In this document: positions 1-10,207 of the stretch, piece by piece | How the letters are laid out: each line of letters opens with the position of its first letter | Numbering within the stretch: the first letter of the stretch is position 1 | Assembly: GCA_964508975.1 (NCBI GenBank) | Contig: CAZDVQ010000024.1 | Coordinates: forward strand, 1-58,605 | From: an uncultured Saprospiraceae bacterium | GTDB lineage: Bacteria > Bacteroidota > Bacteroidia > Chitinophagales > Saprospiraceae | Direction: 5' to 3' | Length of the DNA: 58,605 nt | Notes under the pieces: model-generated | Database searches by the model: none | What the model was told of the DNA's origin: nothing | Seen by the model: only the letters and a program-made list of their open reading frames with translations | Made by a program: the position numbers and the translations under genes

Positions 1-22
1 GGAACAAGGCCGAAAAGAACCC

Positions 23-277
23 ATGGAGCGGATTGAAATAAAATCGGACGGCGAGCGGGCCCTATATGAAGTTAACCTGCTGACGGAAGAAAACTTTAAG
101 CCCGTTACTTTTACCCAAACTAGCCTAACAGCTACCGAGTTAATTTTTGAGAACCCAGATAACGAGTTCCCGCAACGCATTAGTTACCGTTTTATCACAC
201 ATGATAGCCTACATGCCAGTATCAGCAACTTGGAAGGCGATAAAAGGGTGCTATTTATATACAAAAGAGTACGCTAA
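23..277 (+). CDS. hypothetical protein; small ORF or 3' end of a gene that begins before the window
   Basis: 84-aa ORF ending at a TAA stop and followed by a GC-rich repeat. No recognisable motifs and the composition is only weakly coding-like. Confidence 0.3.
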   Translation: MERIEIKSDGERALYEVNLLTEENFKPVTFTQTSLTATELIFENPDNEFPQRISYRFITHDSLHASISNLEGDKRVLFIYKRVR

Positions 278-413
278 TCCTGCGCAAGCTGCCCGGAAGG
301 CAGCGGCGTAGCCGCTGGTGCGCAGCACCGAGCGAACAGCGAGCCTGTAGGGGAGCGACCCCGCCTTGCGGTATCGCAAGGCGGGGATGCGCCCAAATCC
401 ATTAAAAAAGAAA

Positions 414-1250
414 TTATTCTACAAGGTGCTCTTGTTTGACCTGCAACACCTCGTAGTTATTGTTTGCGGGGTCGTTGCGGCTCACGAAGGCGATGATATG
501 GCATTTTTCGGCCCGCCAAAGCGCTGGCAGGGTAGTGCTAAAACTCTTGGTGCTAGGCAAACTGGCCAGCGGCTCGCCCTGCGTGTTGGGAAGCACCACG
601 CGCAACACATGTTTGTGCACGTAATTATCGTTGATCCCTGCTGGAGTAAGTTGCGCCGAGACGATGCTGTCCTCGGTTACATAAACCGTCAATACTAAAT
701 TGCTGCCTGCGTTGGCTATTTCTTCCACATCCACGGTTACATCGAGGTTGCGGGTGCCAGCGTTCCAGGTGTGGTCAAAATCTACGCGTACCTTGGCGCT
801 CTCGGCCAGTTCATCAGCGATTCTTGGGCCCCAATCGCTCAAAATCAAGGGCCTAGCACTTTGTCCGTTGAATGCTTTGCGGTTTACAATGGCCGCTGGG
901 TAGCCTGTTACTGGGCCATAAGTGGCGTTGATGGCTGTACCTTCGGCAACGGTTAAATTTTGGGTGCTTTGCGGGTAAACCTGCGAGAAAAAGCCCGTGT
1001 GGATAGAAACCGCCACGAGTTTGTCGCCGTGTTGGGCCAACAAATTTTCAATCTCGGCGCTACCACCGGGGCAGTTTACACATTTCACGCCGGTAAATTC
1101 TTCAATCATGACGCGACGTACGGTGTCAGAATTGTTGTTGTTGCCGCCACTACCTAGCTCGTTCTCGAGGTCGAGGCCCGGAGGGGTAATTTCTTCACAA
1201 GCCGTGAACAGCATGGCGCTGGCCAGCAAGAGGCACAATAAATGTTTCAT
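414..1250 (-). CDS. Omp28-related outer-membrane lipoprotein
   Basis: ATG start at 1250. Signal peptide with a lipobox (LLLASAMLFTAC). Poly-Asn linker and CxxC pair typical of Bacteroidota Omp28-family lipoproteins. Assignment is by family-level resemblance only. Confidence 0.55.
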   Translation of the reverse strand: MKHLLCLLLASAMLFTACEEITPPGLDLENELGSGGNNNNSDTVRRVMIEEFTGVKCVNCPGGSAEIENLLAQHGDKLVAVSIHTGFFSQVYPQSTQNLTVAEGTAINATYGPVTGYPAAIVNRKAFNGQSARPLILSDWGPRIADELAESAKVRVDFDHTWNAGTRNLDVTVDVEEIANAGSNLVLTVYVTEDSIVSAQLTPAGINDNYVHKHVLRVVLPNTQGEPLASLPSTKSFSTTLPALWRAEKCHIIAFVSRNDPANNNYEVLQVKQEHLVE

Positions 1251-1289
1251 ATCGTATTGGTTAAAGATATTTAATGTTTGTTTACTGGG

Positions 1290-3020
1290 CTAGAACCTGG
1301 TGGTACAACCAAAACGTACACCGCTGAATGCGGGTTCCAAGCGACAAATACCGCCTGTACAAACAACGCCTTGTGGTTGTTTCACGTAGCTGAGCGAGAA
1401 TTTACTGGCCTTGTGCGTATAAAAAATAGCCAAGGTTGGGTACAATACCGGGGCTTGGGTTTTAAAGGTGCCGTCGGGTTGTTGTTTCTCAATCACTTCG
1501 CCTAGCTTGCGGGGTTGCGTATTGACCAAGGCCGCAGCGGTAAAGGTCCATTTGCGGTTAAAAGTAAACTCAACCAAACCAAAAGCCCATGAACCGAGGT
1601 CGCCCTTGGTAAACATGTATTGGGATTCAAAGCGGATAGAATTTTTCTTGTCGATTTTGTAGGTAAACTCGGCAAATGGGGTGATACTGTTTACCACATC
1701 GTTCGAGTCTTTCACCAACTCTGTTTTCAATTCATAAAAACGTTGGTTATAGGCAATGTGTTGGATACCGCCAATCAATTTCCACTTGTTTTCTTTTTGT
1801 TTGTAGGTAGTTTCAAAGTAAACCTCGCGGAACAAATCGGGTTTAGCCAAGAAACCTACAATATCGTTTTGGGTCGTTGAAGTGCTTGAATAGTTAAGGG
1901 CAAAACCTAATTGCTTGGTAGGGTTGTACATCAAGTCGAGCATGTACGAGTTCTCGCTGAACTCTTGGGCAGCAGCATTATAACGGGCCGTTAAGCGGTA
2001 AGTGTTTTGGCGTTGCATCGGGGGTAAAAACGCAATGGCACCGCGGTTAAAACGCATGAAGGGTGAGGTGCGGAAGTAAAAATCCTCGGTATGTTTAAAC
2101 TGCAAGGTAGCACCAAAGCCTTTTGCGGCATAGCCCAAGCTGGTATACAAAATATAGCCCGGTTTATTTTTGACACGGACGTTACCGGTTTCAAGCAACT
2201 CGATATTATCTGGAATCGCCTCGGCTGTTTTGTAGGAGCCTTCCATGTACCAGCTAAAATCCTTTACGCGTAGGGTATTGTAAACCGTTGCAGCGTAGGT
2301 ATTGTACTTGGGTATAAAGCGGTTGGCCAAGCTATCGCTGTTGATGTTGAGCACGATGGTACGCATAGTATTATCGTCGAGCGAGCGGTTTACGAAACCT
2401 GCACCGGGAGCAATACTGATAGAGCCTGTACTATCGAGCTCGATATAGCCATCAATGGAGCCACCCGTAATCATCGGTTTAAAGGTTTCCAGTAAGTTTT
2501 CTTGCTCGTCAACTTTCTTTTGGCGGCCGGTGAAGGCTTTGATACGCCAGTTCTTGTTGATTTCGTAATCGAGCTTGATACCAACCAATGCGTTATCAAT
2601 GGCCAGCGGACGGGCCTCGTAAGCCCTGAAAATAATACCGCTACCAATTTGGTCGTAGAAATAACCTGCCGTTACGGTCAAGTTCTCGATTTTCTTGCGC
2701 ACGTGGAAACGACCAATACCCAAGGCCGTATAATTGGTGTTGGGGTTAATCAAGATACTGTTGGTAAACATATCGAATCGGACGCCGATATCAAATCCCT
2801 TGTTGCTGTAGTTGAGTGCGAGCCATGCATCGGCACCAACCTTCTGGTAATCATACTGTGGTGGGCCTACCGGCGGACCTGCGGCGCCAATCAGCGAATC
2901 CCGAATGAAAAAATTGGTGTTCAACTCTAGGTCACCAGAAAATTGTCCCTGGGCACTAGCATTGTTTTGGAAAGCCATCAAACACAGGAATAGCCCTACC
3001 AAACTGCGAGTCAATTTCAT
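1290..3020 (-). CDS. outer-membrane beta-barrel protein (DUF6029-like)
   Basis: The ORF extends to 3068, but the start is more likely the internal ATG at 3020, which opens a signal peptide (MKLTRSLVGLFLCLMAFQNNASAQ). The rest is rich in aromatic/Gly beta-strand pattern and ends in a C-terminal aromatic residue. Confidence 0.55.
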   Translation of the reverse strand: MKLTRSLVGLFLCLMAFQNNASAQGQFSGDLELNTNFFIRDSLIGAAGPPVGPPQYDYQKVGADAWLALNYSNKGFDIGVRFDMFTNSILINPNTNYTALGIGRFHVRKKIENLTVTAGYFYDQIGSGIIFRAYEARPLAIDNALVGIKLDYEINKNWRIKAFTGRQKKVDEQENLLETFKPMITGGSIDGYIELDSTGSISIAPGAGFVNRSLDDNTMRTIVLNINSDSLANRFIPKYNTYAATVYNTLRVKDFSWYMEGSYKTAEAIPDNIELLETGNVRVKNKPGYILYTSLGYAAKGFGATLQFKHTEDFYFRTSPFMRFNRGAIAFLPPMQRQNTYRLTARYNAAAQEFSENSYMLDLMYNPTKQLGFALNYSSTSTTQNDIVGFLAKPDLFREVYFETTYKQKENKWKLIGGIQHIAYNQRFYELKTELVKDSNDVVNSITPFAEFTYKIDKKNSIRFESQYMFTKGDLGSWAFGLVEFTFNRKWTFTAAALVNTQPRKLGEVIEKQQPDGTFKTQAPVLYPTLAIFYTHKASKFSLSYVKQPQGVVCTGGICRLEPAFSGVRFGCTTRF

Positions 3021-3144
3021 AAAATGTCGATTTAGGGTGTTTCTTAACGCATGCTTCGCATGAAACACACGCTTCGACTGCGAAGGTAGCTATTTCCCCT
3101 AAACACAGACGCGTTTAAACCAATAAAAGCGCTACAAGCCCTTG

Positions 3145-3690
3145 TTACTCGGTTAATCGCCTGATAATCCAGGCCCCTAATCCAGCCAATATCAACAATA
3201 TGGAGGCAAACACAAAAAGCCACTTGAATAACGTAAAAGTAGCCGCTAGTTGAGCTACGAGGATTACTTTCTCGGGAAACTGGTTAACCATTGCTACTAT
3301 GCTAAAGTTTTCAGCATAGTCAAACAGCACAGCCAAAGCTGGTACCATACATAAACGCCCTGACCATTTATGTTCTGGTGTAACCTTTTGCCAAAGGTAA
3401 GCAATCAGTAAAATTAAGGTAAGCCCATAGATGATGGGATAAATCAAGTCTTCGCCAAAAGCAATGCTCTTATAAACTGCACGCCCAGCATCCCCAAGAT
3501 TTTCAACGGCCATTAGGGCCTCTTCCGAATGGTAGGTCGGAATCGTTAAGTCCAGTATTACACCGCCAGGACTAGCTTGCTCCATACGGGAAGCTGCCTG
3601 TGGCATGACCACAGCCGACATGAAAATATTAGCTGCCATAAAACAAATAACTAACCACCCTGGGACATTTCGATAGAATGCACGTATCAT
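3145..3690 (-). CDS. hypothetical integral membrane protein
   Basis: 181 aa with ATG start and 4-5 hydrophobic helices. No recognisable catalytic motif. Confidence 0.5.
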   Translation of the reverse strand: MIRAFYRNVPGWLVICFMAANIFMSAVVMPQAASRMEQASPGGVILDLTIPTYHSEEALMAVENLGDAGRAVYKSIAFGEDLIYPIIYGLTLILLIAYLWQKVTPEHKWSGRLCMVPALAVLFDYAENFSIVAMVNQFPEKVILVAQLAATFTLFKWLFVFASILLILAGLGAWIIRRLTE

Positions 3691-3762
3691 TTCTAATTAA
3701 ATTTAAACATGCTCTTAGACTATACCAACATCAAAAAGTCACAGGGTGATTTTACCTAACTC

Positions 3763-6579
3763 CTAGCGAGTCAAGTACATAGACCGTTCTTTGTCTAGTT
3801 TTCTGAAGTATGGGTCGTTCAAATCTTTGATAAAGTGGATGGCTTCTCCCGTTGATTTCATCTCAGGGCCGAGCTTTTTATCTACGTTCGGGAATTTATC
3901 AAAAGAGAATACCGGAATCTTAATCGCAAAGCCTTCTAGCTTTTTGGTTATCTCAAAATCTTTCAGCTTGTGTGTACCCAACATTACTTTGGTGGCAATA
4001 TTCAAATACGGTACACCGTATGCTTTGGCAATGAACGGCGTGGTACGAGAAGCACGTGGGTTGGCCTCAATTACGTACACTTTACCATCTTTAATGGCAA
4101 ACTGGATATTGATCAAACCGCGAGTGTTGAGGGCAAAAGCCAACTTACGGGTATACTCAATCATGGTGTCGATAATCTCCTGGCTGAGGCTGTGTGGTGG
4201 TAGTACCGCCGACGAGTCGCCAGAGTGGATACCTGCAGGCTCAATGTGTTCCATCACGCCCATGATGTGAACGTCATCCCCGTCGCAAATAGCATCAATT
4301 TCAGCCTCTTTGGCGCGATCTAAGAACTGGTCAATCAATATCTGGTTCTCAGGGATATGCTTCATGATATCAACTACCGAGCGTTCTAGCTCGTTGTCGT
4401 TGATTACAATTTTCATCCTTTGGCCACCCAACACGTACGACGGGCGCACCAAAACGGGGTAAGTTACCCGGCGAGCGATGGCCAAGGCTTCGTCGGCATC
4501 CGTAGCGATACCGTATTTAGGGTATGGAATTTCTAATTCCTTGAGCAAGTCCGAGAACTGGCCACGGTCTTCGGCCATATCTAGGGCCTCGTAGCTGGTT
4601 CCAATGATTTTGATACCTTTTTCGTGCAGGGTCTTGGCCAGTTTCAAAGCGGTTTGCCCGCCCAGCTGCACAATTACACCCTCGGGTTGTTCCAACTCGA
4701 TGATTTCCTCGAGGTGCTCCCAGTACACGGGTTCAAAGTAGAGTTTATCGGCCACGTCAAAGTCGGTCGAAACCGTTTCTGGGTTACAGTTGACCATGAT
4801 GGCCTCGTAATCCATTTCTTTCAGGGCGAGTAAGCCGTGCACGCAGCAATAGTCAAACTCAATACCTTGACCGATGCGGTTAGGACCTGAGCCTAAAACG
4901 ATGACTTTCTTTCTATCGCTGCGGATACTTTCGTTCTCTGTATCGAAGGTAGAGTAGTAGTATGGAGTTTTGGCTTCAAACTCGGCAGCACAGGTATCTA
5001 CCAGTTTATAGGTTCTGCGAATACCCAAACCTTTGCGGTAAGCGGTCACATCGCTGGCTTTACATTTCAACAACCAGGCAATTTGCTCATCCGAGTAGCC
5101 CAGCTGCTTGATATCCATTAGGAAATCAGCTGGTACATGCTCCAGTGCGCGGTAACGCATCAGGTTGTTTTCAACCTTGATCATGCGTTGAATCTGGCGG
5201 ATATACCAAGGGTCAATCTGGGTCAACTTGTGTACGGTGCCTTTCGGGATACCCAAGGTCAGGGCATCTTTCAGGCGGAAAATGCGGTCGTCTTTCGGCC
5301 ATTCCAAACCTTCGAGGATATCTTGGGTACGTTGCCAGTCTTTACCGTCGGCACCAAGGCCATGGCGGTTATTTTCTAGCGATTGACAAGCTTTTTGGAG
5401 GGCTTCCAAGAAGTTTCGGCCAATGGCCATCACCTCGCCTACCGATTTCATCTGTAGGCCTAGGCGTTGGTCGGCACCTTGGAATTTCTCAAAATTCCAG
5501 CGGGGCATTTTTACGATTACGTAGTCGAGCGTAGGCTCAAAATATGCCGAGGTGGTTTTGGTAATCTGGTTGTTCAGCTCGTCGAGGTGGTAACCGATGG
5601 CCAACTTCGAGGCAATTTTAGCAATAGGGTAGCCGGTAGCCTTACTGGCCAAGGCCGACGAGCGCGAAACCCGTGGGTTCACCTCGATGGGTATCAATTC
5701 CTCGGTAGCTGGGTTGAGGGCAAATTGCACGTTACAGCCGCCATGAAAGTTACCGATGGCACGCATAATCATGATGGCATCGTTGCGCATCTGCTGGTAG
5801 GCACGGTCTGATAGGGTCATGGCGGGGGCCACGGTGATACTATCGCCAGTGTGCACGCCCATGGGGTCGAGGTTCTCGACAGTACATATAATAACCACGT
5901 TGTCGTTGGCATCGCGGAGGAGCTCCAACTCGTATTCTTTCCAACCCAACACGGCTTGTTCAACCAACACCTCGTGTGTCGGCGATGAATTCAAACCGTG
6001 GCGTAGGGCCTCGTCAAATTCTTCTTCTTTCATGACGAAACCACCACCGGTACCGCCCAAGGTGTATGAAGGACGTATAACTAGCGGAAAACCAATGTCT
6101 TGTGCAGCTTCTTTACCTTCCAAGAACGAGTTTGCAATGGCCGATTTAGCCACGTTCAAACCCAATTTAACCATGAGGCGTTTAAACTCCTCGCGGTTCT
6201 CGGTACGGTCAATGGCTTCAATATCAACACCAATCAAGCGTACACCATATTTTTTCCAGATGCCAAGTTCTTCGGCTTCTTTGGCCAGGTTCAAGGCCGT
6301 TTGGCCACCCATGGTAGGTAGGCAGGCGTCAATCTGGCGTTCCTTCAAAATCTCCTCTATACTCTCCACGGTAAGTGGTTTGAGGTAGATATGGTCGGCC
6401 GTGACCGGGTCGGTCATAATGGTAGCCGGGTTGGAGTTAATGAGGGAAACTTCAATGCCTTCTTCACGAAGAGAACGAGATGCCTGTGAACCGGAATAAT
6501 CGAATTCGCAGGCCTGACCTATGATAATCGGTCCGCTTCCAATGATGAGTACTGAGCGGATGGACGAGTCTTTCGGCAT
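3763..6579 (-). CDS. carB: carbamoyl-phosphate synthase large subunit
   Basis: 938 aa. N-terminus IIGSGPIIIGQACEFDYSGSQA, a duplicated ATP-grasp architecture and a second LGSGPNRIGQGIEFDYCCVH repeat are the canonical CarB signature. Confidence 0.95.
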   Translation of the reverse strand: MPKDSSIRSVLIIGSGPIIIGQACEFDYSGSQASRSLREEGIEVSLINSNPATIMTDPVTADHIYLKPLTVESIEEILKERQIDACLPTMGGQTALNLAKEAEELGIWKKYGVRLIGVDIEAIDRTENREEFKRLMVKLGLNVAKSAIANSFLEGKEAAQDIGFPLVIRPSYTLGGTGGGFVMKEEEFDEALRHGLNSSPTHEVLVEQAVLGWKEYELELLRDANDNVVIICTVENLDPMGVHTGDSITVAPAMTLSDRAYQQMRNDAIMIMRAIGNFHGGCNVQFALNPATEELIPIEVNPRVSRSSALASKATGYPIAKIASKLAIGYHLDELNNQITKTTSAYFEPTLDYVIVKMPRWNFEKFQGADQRLGLQMKSVGEVMAIGRNFLEALQKACQSLENNRHGLGADGKDWQRTQDILEGLEWPKDDRIFRLKDALTLGIPKGTVHKLTQIDPWYIRQIQRMIKVENNLMRYRALEHVPADFLMDIKQLGYSDEQIAWLLKCKASDVTAYRKGLGIRRTYKLVDTCAAEFEAKTPYYYSTFDTENESIRSDRKKVIVLGSGPNRIGQGIEFDYCCVHGLLALKEMDYEAIMVNCNPETVSTDFDVADKLYFEPVYWEHLEEIIELEQPEGVIVQLGGQTALKLAKTLHEKGIKIIGTSYEALDMAEDRGQFSDLLKELEIPYPKYGIATDADEALAIARRVTYPVLVRPSYVLGGQRMKIVINDNELERSVVDIMKHIPENQILIDQFLDRAKEAEIDAICDGDDVHIMGVMEHIEPAGIHSGDSSAVLPPHSLSQEIIDTMIEYTRKLAFALNTRGLINIQFAIKDGKVYVIEANPRASRTTPFIAKAYGVPYLNIATKVMLGTHKLKDFEITKKLEGFAIKIPVFSFDKFPNVDKKLGPEMKSTGEAIHFIKDLNDPYFRKLDKERSMYLTR

Positions 6580-6744
6580 GGCTTTGTTTTATATTCTCGC
6601 GAAGATACACTAATTTAATTTTTTGTCATTTTATCACCCATCATTTATTCAGTTATTGACTATTTTCTACATTTCATATGCTATCGATAGTCTTTCACGT
6701 TGTTCGTTCCACGTTCATTGTTCATCGTTCATTGTTCATCGTTA

Positions 6745-6898
6745 TTTGGGCACCCGGCTCGCGTTGCTCGCCGTCGCTATGCTACGGCGCTCGCTGTTCG
6801 CTCGGCCCTGCGCCGCAGAGCGGCTTGGTCTGGCCTCCCTTTGGTCGGCCACGCCTCCGCAGCGCTGGTGCATTTAGGGCTGGGTTTACCGCCACGCG
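6745..6898. repeat. GC-rich REP/MITE-like intergenic repeat, copy in TTTGGGC-first orientation
   Basis: Begins tatttgggcacccggctcgcg and contains ctacggcgctcgctgttcgctcggccc, a motif shared with at least 13 other loci in the window. Preceded by two tandem copies of gttcattgttcatc. Confidence 0.8.
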
Positions 6899-6904
6899 AC
6901 AAAT

Positions 6905-6975
6905 AAATGTGCTATTTGTTGCATATTATGCAACGAATAGATAGTATATTTGTCGCAAATTATGCAACAAATGAG
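6905..6975 (+). promoter_or_regulatory. putative promoter/operator of the Fic gene
   Basis: TATATTTG at 6943-6950 matches the Bacteroidota -7 consensus TAnnTTTG, with TTTG further upstream. Palindrome TTGCATAtTATGCAA at 6919-6933 and a related half-site GCAAATTATGCAAC at 6955-6968 overlap the start region. Confidence 0.35.
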
Positions 6976-8074
6976 CATTTACATCCATCAACTTCCCCAC
7001 TGGCCCCAGTTTACCTGGGATTCAAAGCGCTTGATAAACCTACTGGGCGAAGCAAGGCTTATACAAGGCATGCTATTAGGCAAGATGGAAACACTAGGTT
7101 TTGAACTCAAGGCTGAAGCCATGCTTGATACCATGACCCTTGATGTCATCAAATCAAGCGAAATTGAAGGCCAAATTTTCGATCTAGAACAAGTCAGGTC
7201 ATCCATTGCCAGGCGTTTAGGCATTCAACACAACGCCGAAGTTGAAACCAGCCGTAACCTAGAAGGCATGGTTGAAATGCTTTTGGATGCAACGCAACAG
7301 TGTTCCGCACCACTATCTGCTGAACGGCTTTTCGACTGGCATGCAGCTCTTTTCCCCACCGCCCGCAACGGTATGTTCAAAATTATAGTTGGCGATTGGC
7401 GTAAGGACTTGAAAGGGCCCATGCAAGTGGTATCAGGTGCTATAGGGAAAGAACAAGTCCATTTTCAAGCACCAGCCGCCAACCTGCTTGAAAATGAAAT
7501 GTTGCAGTTTATACAATGGTTCAACCACGACAAGGAGACCGACCTTGTGCTAAAAGCGGGTATTGCTCATTTATGGTTCGTGACCATCCACCCCTTTGAA
7601 GATGGTAATGGCCGTATCGCACGTGCGCTAGCCGATATGCTCTTGGCTCAATCTGATAATAGCCCGCAACGCTTTTATAGCATGTCGGCACAAATCAGGT
7701 TACAAAGGAAGCACTACTACAATATCCTCGAAAGCACGCAAAAGGGCAACCTTGACATCACCAACTGGTTAGTGTGGTTTTTAGAATGCCTGATTGAAGC
7801 CATTAAAGCCAGCGAGTCCACGTTGAACCAAGTGTTGCTCAAGGCTGCGTTTTGGCGCAAACATGCCACAACGCCACTCAACCCAAGGCAGCAAAAAATG
7901 CTGAACAAACTATTAGATGGTATGGAAGGCAAACTCCACTCGGCCAAATGGGCCAAAATGGCCAAATGCTCCCGCGATACGGCTATCCGGGATATTAACG
8001 ACCTGCTCGACAAAGCAATACTGACCAAGGAAAATGCTGGAGGCCGTAGTACGAGTTATGTGTTGAGCGAGTGA
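6962..8074 (+). CDS. Fic/DOC family protein (putative AMPylator)
   Basis: HPFEDGNGRIARAL matches the Fic motif HPFx[DE]GNGR. The ORF track starts on TTG at 6950; the first ATG is at 6962. A winged-helix-like C-terminal region follows the Fic core. Confidence 0.85.
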   Translation: MQQMSIYIHQLPHWPQFTWDSKRLINLLGEARLIQGMLLGKMETLGFELKAEAMLDTMTLDVIKSSEIEGQIFDLEQVRSSIARRLGIQHNAEVETSRNLEGMVEMLLDATQQCSAPLSAERLFDWHAALFPTARNGMFKIIVGDWRKDLKGPMQVVSGAIGKEQVHFQAPAANLLENEMLQFIQWFNHDKETDLVLKAGIAHLWFVTIHPFEDGNGRIARALADMLLAQSDNSPQRFYSMSAQIRLQRKHYYNILESTQKGNLDITNWLVWFLECLIEAIKASESTLNQVLLKAAFWRKHATTPLNPRQQKMLNKLLDGMEGKLHSAKWAKMAKCSRDTAIRDINDLLDKAILTKENAGGRSTSYVLSE

Positions 8075-8075
8075 G

Positions 8076-8186
8076 CCTTCTTGCGCCAGGCATGCGAAGC
8101 GTGGCCGCGATAGCGGCCAGCCCGAAGGGCCGAGCGTCCAGCGAGCGCGTAGCACGCCGACGGCCGTAGGCCGGGGCGCCCAAAAA
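8076..8186. repeat. GC-rich REP/MITE-like repeat, GCGCCAGG-first orientation
   Basis: Reads gcgccaggcatgcgaagcgtggccgc...gggccgagcgtccagcgagcgcgtagcacgcc...ggggcgcccaaaaaac, the reverse complement of the 54358-54480 copy. Confidence 0.8.
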
Positions 8187-8224
8187 ACAATAAATAATTA
8201 GTCCCACCAAAAATAATTCCGCAA

Positions 8225-8260
8225 TTTTTGTATTTGTCAAAATATCTATATATTTGCATA
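8225..8260 (+). promoter_or_regulatory. putative sigma-A promoter of the acyl-CoA synthetase gene
   Basis: TATATTTG at 8249-8256 (-7 box TAnnTTTG) with TTTG motifs 12-20 bp upstream, placed 27 bp before the ATG at 8283. Confidence 0.35.
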
Positions 8261-8282
8261 TAAATATATAAAGCCTACACCA

Positions 8283-10205
8283 ATGACTCCCCAACGTAAC
8301 TACGCCAACACTTATCAAGCGAGTATTGAAAACCCTGAAGCCTTTTGGTTGGAGCAAGCCCGCCAAATTGATTGGTTTCAATCGCCTGCCACGGCACTAA
8401 GCACCGACCAAAACGGCTTTTACCGCTGGTTTAAAGGTGGCTCGCTCAATACCGCACACCTGGCCCTCGACTATCACGTGGCCAACGGCCGGGCACAACA
8501 AACGGCCATTATCTACGACTCGCCCGTGACCAATACTGTACAAAGTTACACTTATGCCGAGCTGCTGGATAAGGTGGCCAGGCTGGCCGGGGCGCTCCAA
8601 AACCTTGGGGTACAAAAAGGCGATACCGTGGTTATTTATATGCCAATGGTGCCCGAGGCCGCCATGGCTATGCTGGCTTGCGCCCGGCTTGGTGCGGTAC
8701 ACTCAGTGGTTTTTGGCGGTTTTGCCCCGCACGAGTTGGCCCTGCGCATCGACGATGCCAAGCCGAAAGTCGTTATTTCAGCCTCCTGCGGTATAGAAAT
8801 CGATAAGGTTATTCCCTATAAGCCCTTGCTCGACCGGGCCATCCACGAGTCGGCGTACAAGCCGCACCACTGCGTTATTTTACAGCGTAGCATGTTGCTG
8901 GCCGATATGAACCCCAATATCGACCACGATTTTGAACAGATCCTAGCGGCGGCGGAGCCGGTGGCTTGCACACCCGTTGATGCTACCGACCCGCTGTATA
9001 TTCTCTACACCTCGGGCACTACAGGTAAACCCAAAGGTATTGTTCGCGATAACGGCGGGCATGCGGTGGCGCTGAAATATAGCATGTCGGCCATTTACGA
9101 TGTAAATCCTGGCGATGTGTTCTGGGCCGCCTCAGATGTTGGCTGGGTGGTGGGGCACTCCTACATCGTTTACGCCCCGCTGATTCACGGTTGTACCAGC
9201 ATTTTGTTCGAGGGTAAACCCATCAAAACGCCCGATGCTGGCGCTTTCTGGCGCATCATCGAGCAACATCAGGTGAAGGTATTGTTCACGGCCCCCACGG
9301 CCATACGGGCTATCAAAAAGGAGGACCCACATGCCGAGCTCAAGGCCAAACACAACTTGTCGAGCATGAAATACCTCTTCCTGGCTGGCGAGCGCTGCGA
9401 CCCCGCCACGCTTGAATGGGCGCAGGAACAGCTCCAGATGCCGGTTATCGACCACTGGTGGCAAACCGAATCGGGCTGGCCCATGGTGGCCAACATGATG
9501 GGCTTGGAGTCGTTTGAGGTTAAACTAGGCTCGGCCACCAAACCGGTTCCGGGCTACGATATACAAATACTCGGTGAACACGGCCAGCCACTTGGTCCCA
9601 ACGAAGAAGGTTACGTGTGCATCAAGTTGCCCTTGCCGCCCAGTTGCTTGCCTACCTTGTGGAACGACGATGCCAGATTTATGTCCTCGTACCTCAGCAA
9701 ATTCCCGGGGTACTACCTCACGGGAGATGGCGGCTACAAGGACGAGGACGGCTACGTGTTTATCATGGGCCGCGTTGACGATGTGATTAACGTGGCGGGC
9801 CACCGCCTTTCAACAGGCGAGATGGAAGAGATTTTGGCCTCGCACCCGCAGGTGGCCGAGTGCTGCGTCACGGGTATCCACGACGAATACCGCGGCCAAC
9901 GCCCCGTTGGGTTGGTGGTGCTTAAAGATGGCCAGAACGTAGCAGAAATGCAGCTTGAGCAGGAGTTGGTTAGCTTGGTTCGCGACCAGATTGGCGCGGT
10001 GGCCTTCTTCAAATCGGCTATCTTGGTGAAACGCTTGCCCAAAACCCGCTCGGGTAAAATCCTGCGCAAGAACATCCGCTTTATAGCCGATGGCATCGCG
10101 TTTGATGTACCTTCAACCATCGATGACCCTGCAATTTTGGACGAGATCCACGAGGCTTTCGAGCGCAGGCAAATCGGGAAAGCATTTGAGCCACAAGAAG
10201 GCTAA
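8283..10205 (+). CDS. propionate/acetate--CoA ligase (PrpE-like AMP-forming acyl-CoA synthetase)
   Basis: 640 aa. N-terminus EAFWLEQARQIDWFQ...YRWFKGGSLNTAHLALD is PrpE-like. AMP-binding motifs YTSGTTGKPKG and GDGGYKDEDGY, and a C-terminal SGKILRK lysine. Confidence 0.8.
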   Translation: MTPQRNYANTYQASIENPEAFWLEQARQIDWFQSPATALSTDQNGFYRWFKGGSLNTAHLALDYHVANGRAQQTAIIYDSPVTNTVQSYTYAELLDKVARLAGALQNLGVQKGDTVVIYMPMVPEAAMAMLACARLGAVHSVVFGGFAPHELALRIDDAKPKVVISASCGIEIDKVIPYKPLLDRAIHESAYKPHHCVILQRSMLLADMNPNIDHDFEQILAAAEPVACTPVDATDPLYILYTSGTTGKPKGIVRDNGGHAVALKYSMSAIYDVNPGDVFWAASDVGWVVGHSYIVYAPLIHGCTSILFEGKPIKTPDAGAFWRIIEQHQVKVLFTAPTAIRAIKKEDPHAELKAKHNLSSMKYLFLAGERCDPATLEWAQEQLQMPVIDHWWQTESGWPMVANMMGLESFEVKLGSATKPVPGYDIQILGEHGQPLGPNEEGYVCIKLPLPPSCLPTLWNDDARFMSSYLSKFPGYYLTGDGGYKDEDGYVFIMGRVDDVINVAGHRLSTGEMEEILASHPQVAECCVTGIHDEYRGQRPVGLVVLKDGQNVAEMQLEQELVSLVRDQIGAVAFFKSAILVKRLPKTRSGKILRKNIRFIADGIAFDVPSTIDDPAILDEIHEAFERRQIGKAFEPQEG

Positions 10206-10207
10206 AC

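Noticed and set aside
366-698. 110-aa plus-strand ORF
   Set aside because: Entirely antisense to the better-supported lipoprotein gene (414-1250, minus strand). No motifs.
3045-3100. Small palindromes (gcatgcttcgcatg, cttcgactgcgaag) downstream of the 3145-3690 gene
   Set aside because: Could be a terminator or a REP fragment, but no U-tract and only a partial repeat match. Too weak to call.
5819-6388. 189-aa and other plus-strand ORFs inside carB
   Set aside because: Antisense shadows of a highly conserved gene.
6623-6944. ORFs inside GC-rich repeats, also at 13361-13689, 23808-24080, 24117-24404 and 46497-46751
   Set aside because: Arg/Ala/Pro-rich low-complexity translations of REP elements. 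Several alternative frames are open on both strands, and the same nucleotide sequence recurs intergenically in both orientations.
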